Part shown: positions 56,489 to 64,000 of the stretch, piece by piece
Layout of the letters: the number at the start of each line of letters is the position of its first letter
How positions within the stretch are numbered: the first letter of the stretch is position 1
Source: Fibrobacterales bacterium
Lineage (GTDB): Bacteria; Fibrobacterota; Fibrobacteria; Fibrobacterales; JAOPTW01
Length of the DNA: 64,000 nt
Assembly (NCBI GenBank): GCA_051532035.1
Contig: JAOPTW010000015.1
Span: 1 to 64,000 of the forward strand
Direction: 5' to 3'
The notes under the pieces: generated by a model
What the model was told of the DNA's origin: nothing
The model's input: the letters and a program-made list of their open reading frames with translations, nothing else
Databases searched by the model: none
Program-made: the position numbers and the translations under genes

Positions 56489-57000
56489 CTTCTTCCCAAA
56501 TAACTATTTTTAACATCGACATATTTAAGTGCCATTGCTCTGTTAGCCGCTATCTCATCTTCGGTGAGTTTCCGAATCGCCCTACCAGGAGCACCAACAA
56601 TCAATACTCCAGGTGGAAATGATTTTCCTGGAGGAATAAGTGTCCCAGCCGCTACAATTGAATCTTCACTAATAATAGAATGATCCATTATTGTGGCACT
56701 CATACCTATTGTCACATTATTCTTAATTTCACAAGCATGGAGTACTACGTTATGACCGATGGTTACATCATCTCCCACAATTACCCCATGGGAATTGGAG
56801 AGATGTAACGTGCAGTTATCTTGAATATTGGAACGATCCCCAATAGTAATAGAATTAATATCAGCCCTGAGTACTGCATTAAAAAAGACCGACGAATCGG
56901 CCCCTATTTTAACAGCCCCGATGATATGAGAACCCTTGGCAAGAAATACTCCATCACCAAGGGCTGGCTCATTACCATTATAGCCAATAATATTTGGCAT
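56485..57000 (-). CDS. Gamma carbonic anhydrase family (YrdA/PaaY-like)
   Basis: Hexapeptide repeats; LRADIN.I.IG..SNIQDNCTLH, IGHNVVLHAC. Confidence 0.93.
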   Translation of the reverse strand: MPNIIGYNGNEPALGDGVFLAKGSHIIGAVKIGADSSVFFNAVLRADINSITIGDRSNIQDNCTLHLSNSHGVIVGDDVTIGHNVVLHACEIKNNVTIGMSATIMDHSIISEDSIVAAGTLIPPGKSFPPGVLIVGAPGRAIRKLTEDEIAANRAMALKYVDVKNSYLGRR

Positions 57001-57001
57001 A

Positions 57002-57769
57002 CTAGCTTTTTATGCCTGATGTCAATGTTGCCAAAAGATACTCGCGGTTCATACGCGCAATATTATCAACAGAGATCTCTTTTGGACATGATGCTTCACA
57101 CTCATAGGTATTTGTACAGTTACCAAAGCCCTCTGCATCCATCTGTGATATCATACTTTGAACACGCTCTTTTTTCTCAACTTTACCCTGAGGAACCAGC
57201 GCAAGGTGAGAAACTTTTGCCGCAACAAAAAGCATTGCTGATGCATTTGGACAGGCAGCAACACAAGCTCCACATCCAATACATGCTGCAGCATCAAATG
57301 CTTTATCCGCATCAGGTTTTGGAATTGGTATGTTCTCAGCTTGTGGTGCATTACCAGTATTAACTGATACAAACCCACCAGCTTGTATTACTCTATCAAA
57401 TGCAGAACGATCCACAGCAAGATCTTTAAATGTAGGGAATGCCGCGCTTCTCCATGGCTCTATTACAATAATATCACCATCGTTAAAGCTTCTCATGTGC
57501 AGTTGACATACTGTAGTGCCACTTTCGGGGCCATGAGCCCGTCCATTTATGTAGAGACTACACATGCCACAAATACCTTCACGACAGTCGTCATCAAATT
57601 TAATGACGTCCTGACCAGCTCTAATAAGGTCTTCATTAACTTCATCAAGCATCTCAAGGAAAGACATATCCGGAGAGATATTCTTAGCTTCATAGGCCTC
57701 AAATTTCCCTTTCGAGTTTCTGTCTTTTTGGCGCCATATTTTTAGTTTGAGATTCATTGTACCACTCAT
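57002..57769 (-). CDS. sdhB: Succinate dehydrogenase/fumarate reductase Fe-S subunit
   Basis: [34 protein letters not shown]. Confidence 0.96.
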   Translation of the reverse strand: MSGTMNLKLKIWRQKDRNSKGKFEAYEAKNISPDMSFLEMLDEVNEDLIRAGQDVIKFDDDCREGICGMCSLYINGRAHGPESGTTVCQLHMRSFNDGDIIVIEPWRSAAFPTFKDLAVDRSAFDRVIQAGGFVSVNTGNAPQAENIPIPKPDADKAFDAAACIGCGACVAACPNASAMLFVAAKVSHLALVPQGKVEKKERVQSMISQMDAEGFGNCTNTYECEASCPKEISVDNIARMNREYLLATLTSGIKS

Positions 57770-59682
57770 TATTTATAGCTCCTTTGAGAGAATTTTACAT
57801 AATCAAAAGTAAGGTCTTCTTTATGAAGTTCAGGCTTCTCACCCACCCCTTTAAATTCCCATGCTGCAACATAGGCAAACTTATCATCATTACGTTTTGC
57901 TTCATTTTCTTCAGTTTGTGACTCTTCACGAAAGTGACCACCGCACGATTCTTCACGGTTGAGTGCATCACGTACAAGGAGCTCACCAAACTCTAAGAAA
58001 TCTGCAACTCTGAGAGCAAGCTCAACTACAGGATTAGCCCCATTCTTTTCGCCAACCATTTTGAGGTCTGACCAGAATTCATCACGAAGTGTTTTGATCT
58101 CTTCAACAGCAGATTCAAGACCCTCTTTACTTCGAGCCATACCGCATTTGTCCCACATTATTTTACCCAAACGCTTATGGAAATCATTTGGTGTTTTTGT
58201 TCCGCCAATAGCAAAGAGTGATTCAATTCGCTCTTTTGTATCTGCCATTGCTTGAACAAATTCAGGTGCAGTTTCATCAATTTTCTTAAGATCTGAGTTC
58301 GCGAGATAATCACCAAGCGTATAAGGAAGAACAAAATACCCATCAGAAAGACCTTGCATCAATGCACTCGCACCAAGACGATTTGCACCGTGATCAGAGA
58401 AGTTTGCTTCACCAATAACAAAAAGCCCCTCAATATTACTTTGGAGATGATAATCAACCCAAAGCCCACCCATTGTATAGTGAATTGCAGGATAGATTCT
58501 CATTGGCTCTTTATACGGGTCTTCAGCTGTAATTTTTGCATACATATGGAGGAGGTTTCCATATTTTTCTCTAATCACATCTTCGCCGAAACGTTCTATA
58601 GCATCAGCAAAATCTAAGTAAACACCAAGTCCACCAGGACCAACGCCATAGCCTTCATCACATACTATCTTTGCATTTCGTGATGCAACATCACGAGGTA
58701 CTAGGTTTCCAAAAGACGGATACTTCTCTTCGAGATAATAATTACGCTCTTCTTCTGGAATATCAATTGGTTTTCGACTATCACCTTTCTTTTTTGGTAC
58801 CCAAATACGTCCATCATTTCTGAGGGACTCAGACATAAGGGTCAATTTTGATTGGTGATCACCACTTACCGGTATACAGGTTGGATGAATCTGTGTATAA
58901 CATGGGTTTGCAAAGTATGCTCCACGTTTATGGGCGCGCCAGGTTGCTGTAACATTACAGCCCATTGCGTTTGTAGAAAGATAATAGACATTACCGTATC
59001 CACCCGTACCGAGTACTACAGCATCACCCCAATGTGCTTCGAGCTCACCGGTTTCCATGTGACGGGTAATAATTCCACGTGCTTTTCCATCCACAACAAC
59101 AAGGTCTTGCATTTCAATACGTGAATGGTGTTTAATAGCACCTTTACCAATTTGGCGTGACAATGACTGATATGCGCCAATAAGAAGTTGTTGTCCTGTT
59201 TGGCCCCGAGCATAAAAAGTTCGTGAAACCTGAGCACCACCAAATGAACGGTTATCGAGTTGTCCACCGTAGTCACGTGCAAAAGGAACACCTTGAGCAA
59301 CACATTGGTCAATAATAGTGGTACTGATTTCAGCAAGACGATACACGTTTGCTTCACGAGCACGATAGTCTCCACCTTTAACGGTATCGTAAAAGAGACG
59401 ATACACACTATCACCATCATTAGGATAATTTTTGGCTGAGTTAATACCACCCTGAGCAGCAATACTATGGGCACGACGAGGACTATCTTGATAACAAAAG
59501 GTCTCAACAGTGTATCCCATTTCAGCAAGAGATGCTGCACCAGACGCACCAGCAAGGCCAGTACCGACAACAAGCACTTTATATTTACGACGATTTGACG
59601 GATTAACCAGCTTCATATTAAATTTATGTTTAGTCCATTTATCTTCTATGGATCCTTCAGGAACTCTATTATTCAATGGCAT
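57769..59682 (-). CDS. sdhA: Succinate dehydrogenase/fumarate reductase flavoprotein
   Basis: [43 protein letters not shown]. Confidence 0.97.
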   Translation of the reverse strand: MPLNNRVPEGSIEDKWTKHKFNMKLVNPSNRRKYKVLVVGTGLAGASGAASLAEMGYTVETFCYQDSPRRAHSIAAQGGINSAKNYPNDGDSVYRLFYDTVKGGDYRAREANVYRLAEISTTIIDQCVAQGVPFARDYGGQLDNRSFGGAQVSRTFYARGQTGQQLLIGAYQSLSRQIGKGAIKHHSRIEMQDLVVVDGKARGIITRHMETGELEAHWGDAVVLGTGGYGNVYYLSTNAMGCNVTATWRAHKRGAYFANPCYTQIHPTCIPVSGDHQSKLTLMSESLRNDGRIWVPKKKGDSRKPIDIPEEERNYYLEEKYPSFGNLVPRDVASRNAKIVCDEGYGVGPGGLGVYLDFADAIERFGEDVIREKYGNLLHMYAKITAEDPYKEPMRIYPAIHYTMGGLWVDYHLQSNIEGLFVIGEANFSDHGANRLGASALMQGLSDGYFVLPYTLGDYLANSDLKKIDETAPEFVQAMADTKERIESLFAIGGTKTPNDFHKRLGKIMWDKCGMARSKEGLESAVEEIKTLRDEFWSDLKMVGEKNGANPVVELALRVADFLEFGELLVRDALNREESCGGHFREESQTEENEAKRNDDKFAYVAAWEFKGVGEKPELHKEDLTFDYVKFSQRSYK

Positions 59683-60377
59683 TATTTCGCTCCTTGTATA
59701 AACATAACGGTTGTGATAGTGATATTTCCAAGTCCAATAATCAATCCGAGAGCTTTAGATGACCCTTGAATAATTCCCCAAAATTTTGAGTGATTTAATC
59801 CAAATGTTTGGGCCGCTGATTGAAGAGCATGAGAGACATGAAGTCCTACCATTACCATTGCAACCGCATAAAAAAGTGAAAAGGTCCAGTCAGCAAAAAG
59901 GCCTGCGGCGAGGGCATACATATTTGCCATCTCAACACCGTCATAGGTTATCATACCCATATCACCGTATTTAATTGCTTTAATATGGAGTACAAGAAAA
60001 ACTGCCATGATTACACCAGTGTAGATCATTGTGTATGAAGCAATTCCTGCATCACTTGAATGTTTCACAACTTGATATCGAACAGGACGCGCCTTTCTAT
60101 TTTGTACCCACGTTATGATCGCTAACAGTATGTGTATAAGAATAAAAGAGCCTAGTAATAGTTCACCACCATACATAAGGATTTTATTAGATGCATAAAA
60201 ATATGCCACACGATTAAATGCTTCCTCACTAAACATGAGTGGGATATTACCCGCCATGTGATTAAGGAGAAATCCTACCCATAATAGACCTGTTACAGCC
60301 ATGAGCTGTTTTTTCCCTACGGACGAGGTCAAATATGTGCCGATCCAAGCGACACTACTTCTTTTCGTTGCTTCCAT
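59682..60377 (-). CDS. sdhC: Succinate dehydrogenase cytochrome b subunit (single 5-TM anchor)
   Basis: [33 protein letters not shown] heme-ligand His. Confidence 0.93.
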   Translation of the reverse strand: MEATKRSSVAWIGTYLTSSVGKKQLMAVTGLLWVGFLLNHMAGNIPLMFSEEAFNRVAYFYASNKILMYGGELLLGSFILIHILLAIITWVQNRKARPVRYQVVKHSSDAGIASYTMIYTGVIMAVFLVLHIKAIKYGDMGMITYDGVEMANMYALAAGLFADWTFSLFYAVAMVMVGLHVSHALQSAAQTFGLNHSKFWGIIQGSSKALGLIIGLGNITITTVMFIQGAK

Positions 60378-60385
60378 GTGTTTCC

Positions 60386-60844
60386 TTATGTTGTTATAAA
60401 ACTTTTTGGTTCATACATAACCATATTTTCGTCTTTAAACCAAATTCCAATCTCTCGTTTTGCACTTTCTAGGCTATCAGATGCATGAACAACATTGAAA
60501 GTAACCCCAGGGGCAAAATCATATCTAATGGTTCCAGGCTCCGCCTCATCAGGGTTCGTTGCTCCATTAATTTTGCGAACGGCTTCAATTGCATTTTCAC
60601 CATGAAGAACCATTTGTATTACTGGTTCTGCCGCCATAAAATCAAGGAGAGAGTCAAAAAATGGCCGCTCCTTATGTTCTGAGTAAAAATTTGCCGCTTC
60701 GTCACGACTCATTTTTTTAATGTCAATTGCAGCAATCGCAAGACGTGCTTTTTGGTAGCGGTCAATAATTTGTCCAACTAATCCACATTTCACGCCATTT
60801 GGCTTAATCATCACAAAGGTTGATTCTTCTCTATTCGATCCCAT
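60386..60844 (-). CDS. ndk: Nucleoside diphosphate kinase
   Basis: TFVMIKP, GATNP..A.PGTIR, NVVHASDS. Confidence 0.97.
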   Translation of the reverse strand: MGSNREESTFVMIKPNGVKCGLVGQIIDRYQKARLAIAAIDIKKMSRDEAANFYSEHKERPFFDSLLDFMAAEPVIQMVLHGENAIEAVRKINGATNPDEAEPGTIRYDFAPGVTFNVVHASDSLESAKREIGIWFKDENMVMYEPKSFITT

Positions 60845-61009
60845 CTACACTCCAAAGCTTATGATATGTTTGAAAACTAGCATAATTTTAGAATTTCCGG
60901 AATTTAATCCAATATTGGATTTGTTCAACTCAAAGTTATACATTTTTCTCAAAAATGGAATGGTTTCATTATAAGTCAGAACATTGTTTGTTTGAAACAA
61001 TTATGACTT

Positions 61010-61306
61010 TTAAGTCATGCCAACTTTTCGGTCGATCTTATATATAAATGCCAAAACTTTTGCCACCCCTTCAAAAAGCTCTGGAGGAATATAATCGTCA
61101 AGCTCTAATTCACTTAACATCTCTGCCATAGCATCATCTTTATGTATCGGGATATCTTCTTCTTTGGCGATCGCAACCATCTGTTCAGCAATTAGCCCTT
61201 TGCCACTGGCTATCACTTGTGGTGGTGCACCCTCACCCTGCTCATGCTTAAGCGCTATCGCTAAAAACGGAGGAAGTTTTTTTCTTTTTTGTTGCTGAGG
61301 ATACAT
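61010..61306 (-). CDS. FlhB/EscU C-terminal-domain-only protein (YlqH-like)
   Basis: AIALK...PPQVIASGKGLIAEQMVAIAKEEDIPI...IPPELFEGVAKVLAFIY. Confidence 0.88.
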   Translation of the reverse strand: MYPQQQKRKKLPPFLAIALKHEQGEGAPPQVIASGKGLIAEQMVAIAKEEDIPIHKDDAMAEMLSELELDDYIPPELFEGVAKVLAFIYKIDRKVGMT

Positions 61307-61457
61307 TTTTTACTGAGCAAAAGGTCCTTTGAGAAATATATAATTTTCCTAAAGATAAGATGGCATAAGAGCTTCTCAGATAAGAAATTACTACATTTTG
61401 CGTAGCACAGAATGCATGCATTTTGGTTGTAGAACTATGGACAGCAATGAGCGTTAG

Positions 61458-64000
61458 ATGATTCAAAATCCTATTGTCAAAACACTCTTATCAATAAAAC
61501 TTGTTGTTTTATTGGTTCTTCTACTTTCCCCCTTTGTAATGAAAACGTGGGTTACTAAGCGACTCAAAGATCCTGTAATTATTGGTGAATACACTATCAA
61601 AGCTGATCAGTTCCATTTTACATCACTCCTCAATTTTACTGCTGAAACATTTACGGTTACCGGCCCTGACCTACTACTCACCATTGATAAGCCTGTTGCA
61701 CACATCACTCCACTTTCTTTTGGCTTCGGAGGAAAACCATTTGTGTCATTAGAAAGTCCCTATGGGTTTCTCGATATATCATCATCGAAAATCGATAGTA
61801 ACTACCTTACCAGTGAAACTCCATTACCCGAATTCTCTATTCCTCTTCACTGTAAAGCACTCGTTCCTTTTTTTCAAATTTTTAATGGTTCTGATACTAT
61901 TTCAATTTTTGAAACCCAGGCTGAGAACCTTAATGCCAAGTCGCTTATAGCTACTGCCGACTCACTTATTGCACACACCAACTTCTATTCAGGTTCTCTT
62001 GAAGGCCAAATGAGTTGGAATGATGAATTAGTGGTTCGGTACACTGGAACAATGCACTCAGATTCAACCTACATAAATGCCTCTGCAACAAGCCCTAAAT
62101 CCAACATGAAACTTTTTACTTTCGAGACAAATGGCCTATTACAGAACCGTTCAACACTGTTAACCCTTACCCCAAAGTTACTTCCTTATCTCCCTGATAT
62201 ACTTGACAGTATTAATGAGGTTCAATTTCAAGGCGCATTACAATTTGATGCCCGAAACTTATTGGTAACCGGAGCACTTTCAACCTCACTCAACACTACA
62301 GCCTACTGGCCTGCAACACAAACACAGTGGGATGGCACAGTCTCGCTCTTACCAGACACGGTACTATTTACCCTTGCAGGTAGAGGAACAAAAGGGGAAA
62401 CCATCGACCTTGATGGCAGTGTAGAAGGCAGTGACCTCTCTATAAAAGCCTCGATCCGAGGGAGCACGATTGAGCTCGGCTCAATAATTCAAACAATGGA
62501 TAGCCCCTCTATTCTCTTTTCTGGAAATATCAGTCAATCAAAGTATGATTTTTCTGTACTTACTCCAACCAAAAGCCTTATTACAGGACAGATGATTATC
62601 GATACCAAAGGACGACCCGATATACTTTTTGAAGCTACGGTAAACCCAGGAGAGCCTTGGGCCCTTGCCTGGACGCAAGACAACATTAAGATTCGTCCTT
62701 CTCGAATTACAGGGCACTTTTTTGAAGGTGCGGCCAATATTACAATTCATACCTCAACTCCTAACACATACAGCACCTATGCTGACTTTATGGTCTGCAA
62801 CTTTACTATTGATTCAGAAGGGTTACAATTTTATGATTCCCGCTTTGTATCCGGCAACTCTCGATACCAGTTTAAAGGTGAGGTTTCTTGGGTTGACTAC
62901 GATCAATTTGTTAAAGTAGAAGTCATAACAGACAACAATGGCGCTGCTCAGTTTTACTCAGATTTTGATGCCAACTATAGTATTACTGTATCTGAACTCA
63001 CCCTGAAACAGATACCTCTGATTGACAGTACTCTACTCGCTCCTTTTGGTGGAGCAATTACTGGCACATGGATCATGAACTCATTTGACACCACGGGTAG
63101 TGCCACCGTATTGTACCAAACACTTGTAAATAATGCCCCCCTCTATCTTGCATCAAAAGTTGCGTTTTTTAGAGACTCTGTTGGGATCAATGAACTCACC
63201 ATTACCCACAAATCAAATACCCTTAAACTCAATGGAGTAGCCAACAACCCCGAAGGTAATTTTATGAATCTCTCTCTTGTTGAAGGGTTTATAGAGGTAG
63301 ATAATTTTGATTTGACCACATTTTCAGATGCATTTCTCGATGGAACCATAACTTCTGGAACCTTAAATGGCTCAAGTTCTTATTCAGACACATCTGGGGT
63401 AGATGGCTCATTACACTTTCAAGACATTACCTTAAAAAACTACACTTCAGATTATTTCTCTGTTCCTCGTTTAACGGTAGAGGGACTCAATGACAAATTA
63501 CAAGTGTCTGCACGAATAAAGATGGGACAGCTCAATCAATGGGACAGTGAAATAGCTGTAGATATTCAGTCTATTTTTGGCGATCAAAAAAAGGTATCAT
63601 GTGCAATTGTTCCTGATAAAGGCGGACTCTTTGTTTTAAACAGCACTATAGATGCTCAACAAAATATAACCGGTGATTTCTCTATAAACGGCCCATGGGC
63701 CCTCCCTAATTCTATAGGACAAATAACAGAGAGTGACATCCAAGCCACCTTCAGTTCAATGTTAAAAGATGGCCTACACCGTCCAACCGTCAATATTAAT
63801 AATGCGTCGGGCAGCTATACACAAAGCGGTGAATACATCTTTCCCTTTTCCTTTAATTTAACAATGTACGATTCACTTATTACTATACCTAATGGAATAC
63901 TTATCAATCATGTTGGTGAGTCTTTGAAGTTTAAAATGATAGGGAAGCTGAATGCTACTTCTTTTTTACAAGAACTTCAGTTTATCTCTCGCTCTTTTAC
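61458..64000 (+). CDS. TamB/AsmA-like large membrane-anchored periplasmic protein, runs off the window end
   Basis: Not in the ORF track. MIQNPIVKTLLSIKLVVLLVLLLSPF... N-terminal TM; the frame stays open to 64000 by manual reading; beta-strand/Gly-rich repeats (GSLEGQ, GAITGTW, GTLNGS). Confidence 0.7.
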   Translation, partial: MIQNPIVKTLLSIKLVVLLVLLLSPFVMKTWVTKRLKDPVIIGEYTIKADQFHFTSLLNFTAETFTVTGPDLLLTIDKPVAHITPLSFGFGGKPFVSLESPYGFLDISSSKIDSNYLTSETPLPEFSIPLHCKALVPFFQIFNGSDTISIFETQAENLNAKSLIATADSLIAHTNFYSGSLEGQMSWNDELVVRYTGTMHSDSTYINASATSPKSNMKLFTFETNGLLQNRSTLLTLTPKLLPYLPDILDSINEVQFQGALQFDARNLLVTGALSTSLNTTAYWPATQTQWDGTVSLLPDTVLFTLAGRGTKGETIDLDGSVEGSDLSIKASIRGSTIELGSIIQTMDSPSILFSGNISQSKYDFSVLTPTKSLITGQMIIDTKGRPDILFEATVNPGEPWALAWTQDNIKIRPSRITGHFFEGAANITIHTSTPNTYSTYADFMVCNFTIDSEGLQFYDSRFVSGNSRYQFKGEVSWVDYDQFVKVEVITDNNGAAQFYSDFDANYSITVSELTLKQIPLIDSTLLAPFGGAITGTWIMNSFDTTGSATVLYQTLVNNAPLYLASKVAFFRDSVGINELTITHKSNTLKLNGVANNPEGNFMNLSLVEGFIEVDNFDLTTFSDAFLDGTITSGTLNGSSSYSDTSGVDGSLHFQDITLKNYTSDYFSVPRLTVEGLNDKLQVSARIKMGQLNQWDSEIAVDIQSIFGDQKKVSCAIVPDKGGLFVLNSTIDAQQNITGDFSINGPWALPNSIGQITESDIQATFSSMLKDGLHRPTVNINNASGSYTQSGEYIFPFSFNLTMYDSLITIPNGILINHVGESLKFKMIGKLNATSFLQELQFISRSF

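Noticed and set aside
59016..59573. 185-aa same-strand alternate-frame ORF inside sdhA (and similar ORFs at 56821-57363, 13802-14293 and 34802-35287)
   Set aside because: By-products of codon bias in conserved genes; no recognisable motifs.
61762..63349. Short ORFs in the last 2.5 kb
   Set aside because: Explained as alternate frames of the long plus-strand ORF starting at 61458.

Overview
AT-rich bacterial chromosomal segment, most likely from an FCB-group organism and probably Fibrobacterota. This is inferred from the rplM-rpsI-rpsB-tsf gene order, the three-subunit sdhCAB, Ser-rich linkers in lipoproteins and the Agl/Glt-type ExbBD cluster. Most genes lie on the minus strand. Housekeeping blocks: mreBCD-mrdA-rodA, ilvBN, murI, purD-purE-tsaC-DUF3108-sfsA, rplM-rpsI-rpsB-tsf-pyrH-frr-uppS-cdsA-dxr-rseP, alaS, gpmI, ndk-sdhCAB-gammaCA-DGK and one tRNA-Ala(GGC). 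Accessory content: a CusCBA-type metal efflux operon, a 1509-aa secreted propeller/HYR/ricin-lectin protein, a modular Ig/FN3/CBM lipoprotein, and two long edge-truncated ORFs missing from the ORF track. No transposase, integrase, prophage or CRISPR array was found. Most interesting leads: (i) a stand-alone lipoprotein consisting of a copy of the RseP tandem-PDZ module, encoded directly after rseP; (ii) an AglRQS/GltG-like proton motor operon next to an elongasome operon whose PBP2 carries a ~150-aa insertion rich in D-S/T motifs; (iii) two diverged copies of a ~100-nt nested-hairpin (ERIC/MITE-like) element; (iv) an RlmD-like protein that lacks the catalytic residues; (v) a eukaryote-like diacylglycerol kinase; (vi) a pseudoknotted rpsB leader and a structured leader upstream of the lectin gene. 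All calls come from reading motifs by eye; no database searches were run.
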